DNA of 64,000 bases from Vitrella brassicaformis CCMP3155. Taxonomy: Eukaryota > Protista > Chromerida. Every line of letters starts with the position of its first letter. Positions within the stretch are counted from its first letter, which is position 1. Below are positions 12,401 through 26,369 of this stretch, in pieces. The notes under the pieces were generated by a model, which was not told where the DNA came from, ran no database searches, and saw only the letters and a program-made list of their open reading frames with translations. The stretch lies in contig CDMY01000666.1 in the NCBI GenBank assembly GCA_001179505.1, positions 186,001 to 250,000 of the forward strand. The letters run 5' to 3'. Both the position numbers and the translations under genes were made by a program.

Positions 12401-15400
12401 GTGCAGATAAGTCCTCCCAGAGCACCACGACGGCAGGAAGCGGCAAGGGTGTGGCAGTGGTCGACCGCCCCACACCCACACCCACCCCCACATCGGTCAC
12501 ACTGCGTGAGAGCCACCACCAGCAATGGGGCGAGTGGTGTGAGTCGGTGGCGTTAGTCATCCCGCGGCTGGGCGACGGCTGGGACGAGATCGCCGTCATG
12601 GGGGTGGAGACGGTCAACCAGCTGCTGGCCAGGTGCCCTTGGACCAAGGAGGCATCCATCGCACTACCCCTACCTCATGGTGCAGCAGCAGCTGGTGACG
12701 AGCAGCAGAGGGATCGTGAGAGGGAGGCTTCTCCACTGCCCCCGCCTGCTGATGAGCAGGGACAGGCTTCACCCTCAGTGTCGTTCGGCGACCTCGGTAT
12801 GAATGGATGGATGGATGGATGGACGGACGGACACACTCACTCATGTGTGTGTCTGGTTCTGGGCGTAGGTGTGCTGACGGAGCCAGTCACGATAACATCA
12901 CCTCCTGACGGCAGCAGCCCCCAGCCTCCCCCCTCTGTCGTGTCCAGCCCGGTAGAGCAGATATCAGACATTCTGGTCCGTTCGGTGCCGCGCGAGTGCG
13001 TGGCGCCCCTGGTGCAGCACCTGATGCTAGGCATGCAGGACAGCGACGAGGGAGCCGCAAAGGCCGCCATGGAAACTCTCGGGGCCATCCTGCAGGCACG
13101 CAGGAGACTCACACACACACACAGGGGAGAAAAGGCGAGAGTGGCGTGCACCATTTGTGTGTGTGGTGTGGTGTGTGCAGGCGCGCTGCACCCAGCTGAG
13201 TGTGGAGTCTGCCCGCAAGCTGGTGACGACGATGTTGGACGAGGTCCGGAAGGTCAAGGCGCGGGAGGTGACCCACCAGGCGCTGCTGTCCGTGCGGATG
13301 CTCGCCACACACCACTTCCAGGCATGGCATGGCATGGCATGGCTGTGCAGACACACACACACACATCCATCTGCCGGTGCGCCATGTGTCGTCCGTGTGT
13401 GTGTGTGTAGGCGACTGTGGCCGAGTTGATCGACAGGGGTCCGGAATATGACGACGCGCACCTGGGCGTGTTCGAAGTCATCGCACGGTGTGTATGGCAT
13501 AAGCAGACACCACACAGCCACACACACCAACCCCCCCCTCCCCACACACACACGTGTGCCGTCCGTCCGTCCGTCGTGGGCGGTACCTCTTATGTGTCAG
13601 TGAGCGCCCTTTGCTGCTCAAGACGCTGAGCCACCTGACGGACACCATCAACAACTCTGACCCAGGCGACGCCAACACGCCAAACAAACTGGTGCTAAGC
13701 GCGACGGCTGCCGTCGGTACGCCCACATCGAAACAAACAAGGGGAGAGAGAGTGCTCCATGGCTCCACATGTCCACCATGCGTGTGTGTGTGCAGCGCAT
13801 CTGTTCGGTGTGGACGACTCTACGGTCCGCAGCGTGGTGCGCAAGTACCTGCCTGAGCTGCTCTCGACCTTCCTCCTCCGCATCGGCACCACTGCCGGCG
13901 GAATCGGCACCGACACAGCCATACACGTCAGCCACCACATCCATCCATCCATCCACACACACACACACATGCACACACACGCAGAATGTGTGTGTGTCAT
14001 CAGGCGTTGGGCAACTTCCTGCGGGCGTCGCAGCAGACGTCGCTGTCGGCCGCTGTGGAGCGGAGGGGGCTGTTGGCCAAGTGCCGCGAGAGCTACGACG
14101 AGGGCATAGCCGACGTCGCAGCCATGTTCTTCAAGTCAGCCACGACACACACTCGAATGCTCGTCTGTGTGGTTTCTGAATGGGTGTGTGGGTGGATGGG
14201 TGGATATCGGTGCAGGCACTACCCCGACGGCCGTCCGGGTGTGTTTCGGTTCGTGGAGCCCTTCCTGGGGAGGGAAATACTCGGCCATCGGGTGGGCGCA
14301 ACGGCCACCCTCGCACAGCTGGTCTTCTTCACAGAACCGTCCGAACACCAAAACGACAGGAAAAGCACCAAACTGGTCAGCGAGCCAACAGAGAGAGAGA
14401 GAGGGAGGGAGGGAGGAAGCGTCTCTCATTCCGTCTCGTGTGTGTGTGTGTGCGCGCAGACGCAGGGAGACGTGGACCGTCTGATGTCGTGTCTGCTCGA
14501 CCGCACGCAGGACGCCGCCCCAGTGGTGCGCAAGCACGCCTACCGCGCCATGAGCCTGGTGGCCTACGTCTGGTACAAGACAGCCAAGACCAGCATCTCC
14601 AGCACCGTCACCACACTCCCAGGCGTCCCTCACGCCCACATTGACACGGACTCCCCCACCGAGACACCGCTGGGGACTATGCAGCGGGGCGCAACGGCTC
14701 CGGCGTCATATTCGAGCTGCGATGAGGGGTCGCCTTCGTCGATGGCGAGTGGTGGTGGGAGGGAGGAGGGTGGGGCCGAGGAGAGCAATGGGTCTGGGGA
14801 CGTGGGCGTGCCCGACATGGACAATACCGCCACACAGGTGAGTGCCCGACTCACAGGTCAGTCAGTCTATCCCTGTGTGGATTCTGTGTGTGATTTGTTG
14901 TGTGCAGGTGTTGGAGTGTCTGTTGGGCGGGCTGGATGACGGCAGTGGCGTGTGTGTGGTGGAGGCGCTGAGGGGTCTGCAGCGGTGCTGTGCCGTCCCC
15001 CCGCCCTCCCTCGAGTGGGCAGAGATGCTCGTGGGCGCGGCGGGGCAGCTCACGAACATACTCAACCACCAGGAGTGGTCTCTGCGAAGTGGCGGGTTTG
15101 ACCTGTTGTCTCGCCTGGGCACAGCTGTCATCAAGTTCGACATCCCACCACCGACATCACCCACATCACCCACAGCAGCAGCAGCAGCAGCTGATGGCGA
15201 CAAAGGCAATGGGGACACGAAAGACGCCCTCAGGTTGACCCTGCAGCGGCACTTCCTGACGCACCTCGTGTGTGTCCTGGTGAGTCAGTGAAAGTGGAAG
15301 GGGCAACAACACACACGTGCACTTGGATGGATGTGTGTGTGTGTGTGTGTCTGTCATTGACACAGGTGAGGTTAGAGGACCCGAGCAACGCGGTGAGCGC

Positions 15401-16476
15401 GGCGGCCTTCCAGTGCCTGCAGGCCTACAGCACAGCCGGGCTCCTGGCCGACCACAGACACAGCAGCGGACAGCAGGACGGCGAGACGACACGGACACGG
15501 ACACAGACAGAGCAGCCGAGTGAGGAGCTCTATCGGCTGCTGCAACGGAGGACCGACGAGCGCCTCACACCCGACGTAAAGAAACCTGCATGCCCCCACC
15601 CATCCCCATACCCCTCCGTGCGTGTGTGTGTGTGTGTTGATGTGTGTAGGATTTCCTGACGGCATTGAGCCCCCTAGTCCTGCAGCTGGCCCACTCCTTC
15701 CCCGACAACAACGCACCAGCACCGCCACACGCGCCCCCGCCGTCCGATCTCGCCGGCGTGACATCGATGGTCAAGCTGGCCTGCCAGCTGGTATACGACT
15801 GCAGCAGATACTTCCACCCGTCATGCCACGAGCACGACTTGCCTGACCACCATGAGCATCAAGGGGCGGACGGCGACCCGGGGGACGCGGCGGTGAACGG
15901 GCTCGCCAACACGGCTGTTAGCGCCTTCCAGGTCACACACACACAGGGACAGAGAGGGAGCGATGGAGAATAGGAATTCGTCTATCCGTGTGTGTGTGTG
16001 CAGGTGTCAGTGACTGCGGCGTCGTGCAGCGCTGCCGTGGCGCTCATCCGTGCGGCCTTCCACATGCAGCGCGAGATGGAGCAGACCCACCCCGAATTTG
16101 TCTGCGTTGAGCCAGGCGGCCGGGGCAGCCGGCGGGGCACCGGCAACCACCCCACCACAGCCACACAGCAGGCGATGCTGAGCGAGCAGACAGAGGCCGA
16201 GTGGGAGGCATTTGACCGCACGCAGAAGAGGTTTCTCGGCATGGCCGTAGCCACCTGCAGGTGACCCTTCCCCACCTACGCACCCACACCCACACAGACA
16301 CATCTCATGTGTGTGGACGGATGTGTGGTCGCAGGCGCTTGCTGCGCATGTTGGCGATTCCTGATACCGTGCTGCGCGGTCGCATAGCGCGGCTGCTGGG
16401 CCATCTGCACGTGTTGAGCGAGATGGAGGACATGGACGATATGGCAGACGCTGAGGGCCATGATGTCGATGAATGA
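6473..16476 (+). CDS. MROH1: Large HEAT-repeat protein, MROH1/HEATR7A (maestro) family, about 40 exons
   Basis: The N-terminus (VIFSLLDLVKDGDPSVQ, LADFMVNEM..QRAMGDVLVCL) resembles MROH1. HEAT-like helices continue throughout (LMSCLLDRTQDAAPVVRKHAYRAM, LTNILNHQEWSLRSGGFDLLSRLG, RLEDPSNAVSAAAFQCL). Exons join in frame to the TGA at 16474-16476. Confidence 0.7.
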
Positions 16477-17281
16477 CACACAGAGCAAGTAGAGCCGAGT
16501 CAAGTGAGCCGAGTAGGTCGAGGCAAGAGCTGCTGTGGCATCATTTTCAAGCGTCGAGCGTCGTAGAGAGGCTGCCGTTCCTTCGTTTCTTTCTTTCTTT
16601 CTTTCTGTCTTCCTTCGCTGCATGGCCGCCCATCCCATCGATGGGTGATTGAGTAGACGAGAGCCGGGCAGTCGCTCGTCCGTGTGTAGAAAGGAGAGAA
16701 AAGGTCCGACGGTGGGGAGGGGCGGGGTATCTTATCTATCTGCCTAGGTGCGTTAGGTGTGTGTACAGGTGAGTGGGCGAGGCTGGCTGGGCGGCTGTCT
16801 GTCTGTCTGTCTGTCCGGCAATCGCTCCAATTCTTACCTTCTCGTCCCGTCTGTCTGTCTGGTGTAAATAAATACATATGGATCTGACTGGCCGATGCCT
16901 GCCTTCCATTTGTCATCCATTTGCCCCCCCTCTCTCTCCCTCCCTCTCTCTCTCTCTGTGTGTGTGTGTGTCTGTGTGTATTGAGTGATGCGACAGCCAG
17001 ACAGGAAACAGAGATGCGATGCCATGGGATGAGCGGACCCTTGGTGCCCCCACGGCGTGTGAATGCCTAGGAGATACATTTTTCTGTTTCCATGACTGCA
17101 TTGCAATGATGAAGCCCCCGAAACCAATCAATCGTGCAGTGCATTCACTCGCGCACCACGGAAGGAACGTGTCCTCACCCACACGCAATCACACACACAC
17201 ACACATACACACACACACGGGGCAGCCAGGAAGGAGCAAACAATGACGTCCGCGCCACCCCCACCCTAGGTAGCTAGCTAG

Positions 17282-18104
17282 CTAGTACTCGACGCCAAAC
17301 ACGGTGAGGATGCAGTAGAGGCTCTTCTTGACCTGGTCCTTGCTCTTCTCCTTCGGCCACACGTACGTGAACACGCCTACAGCAGACACCACACACCCAC
17401 AAAAACACAACACAACACAGCTGTGCCCAGGTAGGATGCACCATGTCTGTCACCCATACCGTCGTTGACAGTGTCCCAGAAGCAGCTGGTGACCGTGTGC
17501 AGGCCCGCGCCATTCCGCTGCATCAAGACGCAACTGACTGCGCGTCGCATGCACCCGCACAAGACAGCACACACAGCCGCGTGTTGCCTTGACGGCAAGG
17601 CGGTCAACGACTCACGGACGTACCGATGTATTTGAAGGACTTTTTGAGCTCATTGAGGCGCTCCGTGGTGGTCTCGCATATCTCGTCTATCCAATAAGGC
17701 ACCTGCACGACCACCGCGGCCATCAGCCAGCCAACCGGATAGAGAGAGACCCACAGACAGCGACAAATGGGCGACAAATTGCCTTCTTCTTCTTCCCCAT
17801 CATACCATCTCTTCCTGGTATTCCTTATTCTTTAACAGACCTGAGGGCCCCCACATACACAGACAGACAGACACAGACGCAGAGCTCCAATGAGCCGGTG
17901 GGCCTGCATATTGTGTGTGTTCGTCTCAAGTACTGTCGAGTACGTCGACGACAATCTTTTCTATCTCGTCATTGCTCCACGCAGACTACACACAACACCA
18001 AACACCAAACGACAAACCAATTCGACGGTGTCGTCGTGCTGCATTCCATCCTCCATGCGTCCTCGCCCACCCACCTCTTCGCCCGAGTGGCTATCGTCCG
18101 CCAT
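17282..18104 (-). CDS. DYNLT1: Dynein light chain, Tctex-1 family, 5 exons
   Basis: Spliced product [99 protein letters not shown]...[13 protein letters not shown] carries the Tctex-1 signature KYIV...Q.NGAGLH..SCFWD..DG. Confidence 0.92.
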
Positions 18105-18387
18105 CTTCTCATCAAACGACAATCCCCCTGGCTCACACGCGGCTTGCGATGACGGTGAATATCAGCGAATATCAACAGCCAATCAACTTCCCTCGTGGTG
18201 TGTGAGTGACCCTCCGATTCCTCGCCGAGGCAAGCTTAGATTTGGCGAGGTTGCGAGATCAGGGAGAAGATCTACCAGCTCTTTTCGTCAAGAAGGCCTC
18301 TCCTTCACGGCCCATCGCCACCAGCTCCCTCGCACCGGGTCCGTCAGGACGCCGCCCCGCTTCGCCTCTCTGAACCACACCATCACC

Positions 18388-19253
18388 ATGACGACCGAGG
18401 AGCCAGGCAAGATGCAGGTGAGAAGCACTGTCACGGCTGGCAGCACACGCGGAGCGATGCGCACGCCGGCTGCCGCCTCGCGCACGACAGGAACCGCCAC
18501 TGATCTGGGAGAAAAAGGAGGGGAAGTCAGATCTGTGAGGCGGGAGAGGAGGGAGAGGGCAGGGGAGGGCGGGGATGGAGCCAGGGGCAGTGCACTGACG
18601 CTCGACCGTGTGTGTGCCTGCCTGCCTGACACGTCTGCTAGAACATTCGTCTCACATGCATCTCTGGTGTGTGTGTGTGTGTGTGTGCAGATCTCCAACG
18701 CCCGTCCGAGGGTGTTTTATGCGCAGGTGGCGAAGCGGTTTTTCGGCGGCTCCAAGGACAAGGAGCCCGTGGAGGAACTCATTCTCACAGCACTCGGGTA
18801 CGGTACCTGCGGGGAGGGAGCTGCGGTCACGCCACACACCACACACATGTGGCGCAGAAGGACAGTTGCATACTTCTGTGTGGGGTATGGGTGTGGGTGG
18901 CTTGTGTTGTGTGCAGGAGTGCGATGAACAGCGCTGTGGCCGTGTCGGACTCGCTCGTCAAGAACAAAGTCGCAACCATCACGGTAGGTGACACACAGCT
19001 CACGCGCGCGCACAGAGGCAAATGGACCATTCCATTCACGGTGTGTGGGAATGGGTGTGTGGTGCCGTGTCGTGTCATGTTCAGCAAGTGGAGACCTCTT
19101 ACTACCGGCCCGAGGAGGGCGAGGCCCGCAACCGGCTCATCCGCAACGTCCCCAAGCTCACCATACGCATGAAGAAGGACCCTGATTTTAAGGCACATAC
19201 ACACAGACAGACAGACAGACAGACCTACACGTCCACGAAAACACTCATCCCCT

Positions 19254-19306
<53 letters not shown>

Positions 19307-19418
19307 TCCCGTTAATGAGCCTGAGGGCGAGGCCAAGGCTGACGAGGTGGTTGACGAGGACGAGGAGGTCATCGACGACAACGACCACGAGGAGGAGGGA
19401 GAGACCGTCGACGAATGA
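18388..19418 (+). CDS. Alba-domain nucleic-acid-binding protein with acidic tail, 5 exons
   Basis: Spliced product MTTEEPGKMQ-ISNARPRVFYAQVAKRFF...ELILTALGSAMNSAVAVSDSLVKNKVATITQVETSY...VPKLTIRMKKDPDF matches the Alba fold consensus (L.ALG.AI..AV.VAE.L), followed by a D/E-rich tail. Confidence 0.85.
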
Positions 19419-20445
19419 CGCAATGCAGTGGCTCGATGAGCGAGGGGGACCGAACGGATGAAGAGCGAGCGATGCCTAAGGTGGGCGATCTGTCGGCAGT
19501 GGGAACACAGGCAATGAGCGAGTGAATGGGTGAGGGAGAGCGGTGGGGGGGGGTGGGTTTGTTGGTGTTTGCGTGTGGCCACGACAGACGAGAGTGTCGT
19601 GTGTGTGCCTGTGCGTGCGCGTGTGTGTGTTTTGCCGAGGGCGTGTTGATGGCATGGGTCGCTCATTGACGTTTCGTCAATACGGTGGGCACTCTCAGGA
19701 CAGACAGACAAGACAGACAGAGAGGGGGGCAGAAAGGAATGGACGGATGAATGGCTGGTCACCCACTCAGTTGCATCCGTGTGTCGTGTCGTGTGGTGTG
19801 CGCATGTCGATGGAAAACTGATCGCTGGCTGGCGTGTTTGTGTTTTGGCCGTCCCGTCCCGTCGTGTGGATGCTAATTGATACCTGTCACACTTGTTCTC
19901 TTTTGATTGTGTTCGTGTGGGCTCTTTCTTGCCCACAGCGCATCGCGCGGCGTGCTTTTGCGGCCTCCTTTCTGCTGCTTTTCTTCTTCTGCGTCTTGGT
20001 CGCCCCACCAGTCACTGATAACCGCCTGGTGGGCTGCCAAGTCGCGGAGGAGCCACACAGCAGAAGGGGAGAAGGTGACGGCGGCTGCCGAGAGCGTCCG
20101 ATGAGGCTTGCTAACACAGTGAAAAGAGTCTGATTCCCTTTCTTTTCCTCTCACGAGTGTTTGGTCTTGCCAATTCGAAGGAATCACATTCCCGTTCATC
20201 AAAAAACGGGGGAGTGAGCCCTCCGAGGTGGCGGACACCGAACGCCGTGCGGGGGGAGGAGTCAAGACAGAAGGCACGGCGAGTGACTGTTGTGTGTCTG
20301 TGTCTGTTCATGTGTGTGTGGGGGTGGGCGGGATGGACGTGGGCAGTCGAAACGAAACGATTTGGACACACCGATAAAGAGAAAGACCACCATTCGGGCA
20401 CTTGCATGGTCCAGTCTCATCTATCCATCCCATCACCATGCACCC

Positions 20446-22201
20446 CTACATGTCGGTGTTGCGTGCGCTCTTGAGGCTGTCTAAGGATCGGTCAACGATG
20501 AACGAGTACAGCTGCTCCGACACTCGGTAGTCCGCAGGGTTAGGCCTCCACTTCTCGTCGAGAAATAGCTCCTCGTAGCCGTTGTAAGGCAAGTTGCAAT
20601 CCCTCAGGTATGTCGTCACTGCAGTGCCGATCCAGTCAGGCCGGAAACTGGTCAAACACACCCCCAATCACATGCACAGTTTGGAGCCCATGTCGTGTGA
20701 GTGCATGTGTGTGTGTGTGTGTGTGGCCTCACTTGGTGCGTTCGTCGTTGAGGAGGGTGCTTGCAGTGAGTGAGGCGGACTCGTAGACTGACACCTGGAT
20801 GTTCAGAGGCCCGCTCCTCGCCGCCCAATCCTCATCCATATACTCCTGACCCCACGCGCACACCAAATCACATCGGTACGATGCGTGTCTGAAGGCCAGC
20901 CACGATGTGTCCAAATGCTCACCGGTGTGGCCACCTTGTAGCTGCGGATGAAGCCGTCCTTCTGCAGCACCCGCAGCATCCTCTCTATCCCACTGACCGC
21001 CTCACCCAGCCCCTCCCTCTCCGCGTCATACACACGCATGAACGGCTCACTGTCGCCAGCATACAGGGCCTCATGCCGGGCTCTGGCAATGTCGCGCAGC
21101 CTGCGGCCTATCGACAGCTGGAAGGAGCGGCGGGCCTGTCAGGCAGCAGCGAAGAGGAATCAATCAATGGGTGTTGGAGACCCGATGGGTGCTGCGTACC
21201 GTTCCCAGGGGATCGTTTGCGTCGCCTTTGGGGATGTGGCTGGCGGCGACCTTCCACAAGAGCCACGACCACAGATCAAAAGCGTACCTGACAAACAGAC
21301 AGCACAAACCGCCCCGTGTGCATGTGTGTGCGATGGGTAGATGCATCCATGTGCTTACTGGTCTCTCTCGTCAGTCACCAGGTACCTGCACTGACCGCGC
21401 ACACACACACACACGCACACACACAAACACAGAAGAAAAGCGACGTGCTCCTGCCCGCATGGGTGCAGCAACACACTCAGCCCTCACCCTCTCCCCTCCC
21501 CCCACCTCTGTGAGAACAGTTTGTCGCGTTTCCGCAGCAGCTCCTCCATCTCACTCTGCAGCTGCCGACGCGACACGCCCGACACCCGTTGCAGCTCGCC
21601 CATGGCCGCCTCTTTGAGTGCCTTCACGAGGTTCTCGTCGAGTGTCCTGGCCACCACAAAGTCGAGGGGGTCTGTCTTGCCCATCGGCCTGTTGCGGTTG
21701 ATGAGATTATACAGATACATCTGAAAGCCATGCACACAACATGTTGTTGTTCCTTTGCCGTTTCCTTTAGCTTGCCTGCAGGTCCAGCTCTCCCGACCCG
21801 AGGCCCTTCTCGCCGCCTGTCCACGGGATGCCTCCCGCACTCGCCGACGCCGGCAGCAGGGCAAGACCTGCCAGCACGGAAGCAGCCAGCTCCATCCGCC
21901 GACTCACCACATCACTTGACCCACTCCCCCTCCACTTGTCCAAAGACGGATCCACTGCAGAAGCACGCCGGGCAGAAGAACGGGCGTCATGCAGCCCTGG
22001 CTGATGATGGGTGTCGCCATCGTTGGTCGCTGGCCGGTTGCGCAATGAGAGATCTCTGGGACGCCTTGACTGCCGTCTGATGCGTGGCACGGAGGGCACT
22101 GCGGGCAGACGCAGGAACGCATGAGCAGCGCCGGCATTGGAGCCGTCGGCATCCAACACGCCACCGATGGCCGCCGCCGCTGCTGCAAGTGAGAGTCGCA
22201 T
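20446..22201 (-). CDS. Uncharacterised plastid protein with a probable thylakoid-lumen (Tat) leader, 6 exons
   Basis: Signal-like MRLSLAAAAAAIGG...AHAF, then an R/S-rich transit region, then VSRRMELAASVLAGLALLPASASA (twin Arg, hydrophobic core, AxA site). Mature exons join in frame (YAFDLWSWLLWK, FRPDWIGTAVTTYLRDC, EELFLDEKWRPNPADY). Confidence 0.65.
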
Positions 22202-22416
22202 TGTTACAGATCCATGCACCTGCTGTCAGATAGCGCCGATATCTGCAGAAAGGCCGCGAAAAAGCGACGACAAAGGCGACGTCGATCAGGGTAGGTCTGC
22301 GAGCTAACCTTGCAGGGCTGTTTTCTTTCGAACGAACAAACGCTCTCATTCAACGTGAATAGAAGCATCTGGAAGCGCCTGAAGCTCACCACATCAAATT
22401 TCGGCTGTCTTCAGCC

Positions 22417-25365
22417 ATGGAGCGGCCGAAGCAATACTCGACAGCGTCTGCCCTCGCCGCCACGGCCGTGGTGACATCCATCGGCGTCAGCTTGTACCTC
22501 CTCTGGCGCAGAATGAGAGCAGCGGCCAACGACAGGCTCGGAGGTGAGAGCAGCAAGCTGACGGCACTCAACGGCGTCGCAGAGTCGCCAGGCGCGGCGA
22601 GCAAGTCGACAGAGGAAGACGATGCGGAGAGGGTGTACATGTACTTCGGCTCTCAGACGGGGACGGCCGAGTCGTTTGCCAAGGAGCTGGGGAGGCTGGC
22701 GGGGGAGAAGGACATTCCTACTGAGGTCATCGATATGGAGGTCAGTGAGTGCCAGGGGAGGGAGGAAAGGACGATGAATGCCTTACGCCGGGGATGGCTT
22801 TGCTGCTTCGATGTGTGTGCAGGATTTCGAGGCTGAGCGTTTTGTCAAGCACCGGTGGGTGGTGCTTGTGCTGGCGACGTACGGGGAAGGTACGAAGGAA
22901 AGCAAAAACATATTCAGACATGCAGAGGAACACGGCTTTGGTTGCCATGCGTGTGTGCAGGTGACCCGACTGACAACGCTGTCGCCTTCCACAAATGGGT
23001 GAGAGGTTTTGAATGCCCTCGTTACCAATGAGGCCGGTGATTTATTGCATTTGTATGTCGATGCAGCTGACGAGCAGCGAGCGTGATGAGTGTTTGGACG
23101 ACATGCACCTGGCCATCATGGGGCTGGGCAACAGGTGCGCACACCGACACGCACACCTAATCCGATTCATCGATTCCCTGGCCGCCTTGCACCCACCGCA
23201 CCGCATGCACGAATGTCTGCAGGCAGTACATCAACTTCAACGAGATGGCCAAGAAAGCCGAGAAGCTCCTCAGCAAGATGCAGGCACACGTCATCTGCAA
23301 AACGTAACCCTCCAAGCAAGACATACACCCATCGCACCCTCTCTCCCCGTCTGCATCCGTGTGTGTGTGTGTGTGTGTGTTAAGTGGTATGGGTGACGAC
23401 GACCAGGACATCGAGAGCGACTTCAGCGCGTGGCAGGACCTCTTCTGGCCGGCACTCATCAAGGCGCGCGCCGCTGACAAGGGCGAGGAGCTCAACGCCG
23501 CCGAGCTGGTGCGGGCGGCTTCCAAGACGCTCGACGATATACACGACCACAAGGACGCTTGGAAGAGTGAGTGACCCACACACTGACAGAGAGAGAGAGA
23601 GTCCAGGGCGGCATGCACTGGTCTCTGTGTGTGCGCGTATGGCAGAGCGGGCCCCGCTTGAGTTGTCGATCGCACCCACGACAGCTGAGTTTGATGCCAC
23701 CCACCAGCCACAGGCACGCAGCAATGGAAAAGGCACAGTCGACAAGCGGACTGTTGACGTCTTCTCGTTTGTGTGGTTCCTGTTGTGTGTCCGTTGTGCT
23801 GGTGCAGATGACGGGTGTGGACTTGGCGAGCCGATTCTACTTCCACAGCCACGAGGCGACGGTGGTTGTCGACCGCGAGCTGAGGCAGCAGCCCGACCCT
23901 GAGGAGGGCCTCAGCACCCACCATGTGGTACGTTTCCACAAATTCACTTATTCATGTGTCTATGTGTGCTCGTCTGTGTGTGTGCAGGAGGTGGACATAT
24001 CCGGGTGTCCTGAGCTGTCGTACGTCACGGCTGACAACCTCGACATACTCCCAGAGAACCCGCCAGAACTGGTGAGTCAACGAGCGGGGTTTATGTGTAG
24101 GCCGTCTGCCTGCCCGCGGCAGCTCTCTCCTTCTCTGTTTCTCTGTGTCAGGTGCAATGGTTCGCCGAGCGGCTGGGTGTGAAGGGCCAGCACGCCGCTG
24201 CCCTCGACTACTACATACACCTCACACCGGCAGCAGGTGGGTGGGCGGGGGAGGGTGTGGGGTAGTGAGTGCAGTGAGTGAGTGCCTCCAGAGTCACCAC
24301 ACACGACGGGATCGGCTGAGTGTGCGGTGCTAAGGCGGGCAGACAGCATGCACAGCGCCATGGCACATCTAAACGGGCTGCATGAGAAAGACACACGACC
24401 ACTCGCAGCCTGGAATACTTGCATGGGACACGCACAGACGTCCATCCATTCATCCTGCCTGCCTGCCATCCTCCCCCTGGGCCCTCCCTGTCTGTATGTG
24501 TGTGTGTGGGTCATCAGGCGACGAGGACAGCCACAAGCGGCCGTTCCCCACCCCATGCACACTGCGGGTACGCCCACACAGCACAGGAAGGCAGTCGACT
24601 GAGTGAGTGCTTGTCCATGTAAGTGTGTCTCTGTCATGGTTTGGTTGGTCAGGATGCCCTGACGCGCTACTGCGACCTGGCTGCCCTGCCGCAGAAGTCG
24701 GCACTCAAGGTGAGACAGAAGGCCCTGTGGTGCCTGGCGAATACATGCCTGCCTTGTGTGTGTCCGCCCGCTGTGTGTGCCTGTCAGGATTTGGCGTGTT
24801 TCGTGACCGACGCGAACGAGTTGTCATCACTCGAGCAGCTGCTGTCGGAGCACCACAAGGACGACTTCAAACACCTGGTCAGTTAGCACAGGCAACCCTG
24901 GGTGGGAGAAAGGAACAACGCCACACAGGTGTGACTGCAGTGCGTGTGTGGGGGCTGTGCACTGAACACAGGTGAAGGATTTGGAAATGACGCTGAAGGA
25001 GTTCGTGGAGCTCTTCATGACCTCGGCCAAATTCGACCTGGGTAAGGTGACAAACTAAAGCGATCAAAAGACCATTACACAAGTGGCAAAAATGGCATGG
25101 GTCTCTCTGTGCGTATGTGTGCGTATGTCTTAGGTGCGTTTCTGCAGCTGGTGACGCGCAACCGCCCCAGGCCATACACCATTTCGTCATCGTCAAAGGT
25201 AGGCCACCACAACACACACGACACATCATTCCATTGGCCCCTCGCCACCTCTGTGTGTGTGCAGGAGTTCTCCCGGTGCGTGTCGGTGACCGTCAGCATC
25301 GTCAGCCACGACCTCAAACCGCTCACAACCACCATTATGAAACTCAGAGAACACGGTCAATCACA

Positions 25366-25403
<38 letters not shown>

Positions 25404-26369
25404 AACACTAATGGTGTGTGTGTGTGTGCAGGTTACGCAGTGTCTGTGAGTGACGATGCTGCTCGTGAGATTGGCGAGCGGCCGCGGCGTTTTGAGGGCA
25501 TCTGCTCCACGTTCCTCTGCAGGCGACTCGCAAAACAACACAAGCTGCTCGTCGGGGTACGCAGCGCGCCAACACAGCAACGGGCTGGGGCACACAGCAC
25601 ACCTTCATCCTCATCCTGTGTGGTGTTTTGGTGTGCAGGTGAAGCCATCGACCTTCCGGCTGCCTGCCGAGCCATCGACGCCCATCATCATGGTCGGCGC
25701 GGGAACAGGTATGTATGCAGCCACACACACGCACGCAGAGATAGAGAAAGTCTGCTGCATATTGGCGGTTCCTGTTTCATTCGTCTGTGCAGGCATCGCA
25801 CCGTTCAGGGGTTTCTGGCGCGAGTTTGCCTACGAGAACCGACCGAGAGGAGAAACGGCGCTCTTCTTCGGCTGCACACACTCACAGAAGGTCCGCCAGC
25901 ACACACACACACACACACACAGAGCGAGAGGGAGAGGGAGAAAGGAATGCGGTGCTGTCTACCGTGAACACGCCCCCTCTGTCCCTATGTGTGAGTTCAG
26001 GATTGGGTGTATCGAGATGAGATGGAGTCCGCGGCAGCCCAGAGGGAAACAGTGCTGACGCACCTGGTGTGCGCCTTCTCTCGCGAGCAGACGCACAAGG
26101 TGTACGTGCAGCACAAGCTCAAGGAGGAGCAGGGCATGGTCAAGACCATCCTCAACAACGGGGGATACGTGTTCGTGTGCGGTGCGACGGCGATGGGTCG
26201 GTCGGTGATTGACGCGCTCAACAACATCATGGGCGAGGGCTTCGTTGACACACTCAAACACGGTGAGTGAGTGGTACAGCAAGACACACGGGCAGATGTC
26301 ACCAATCTGCACGTGTTGTGTGGTGTGTGTGCATCAGAGCATCGGTGGGTGGAGGAGCTGTGGAGCTAG
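22417..26369 (+). CDS. CPR: NADPH-cytochrome P450 reductase (membrane-anchored diflavin reductase)
   Basis: N-terminal TM helix; FMN motifs YFGSQTGTAESFAKEL, ATYGEGDPTDNA and GLGNRQYINFN; FAD motif RPYTISSSS; NADPH motifs IIMVGAGTGIAPFRGF, LFFGC and VYVQHKL; YVFVCGA; C-terminus WVEELWS. Confidence 0.93.

Noticed and set aside
17266-17285. (CTAG)n run giving stops in all three frames at the Tctex-1 stop
   Set aside because: A short tetranucleotide microsatellite explains it, and nothing similar occurs at other stops.
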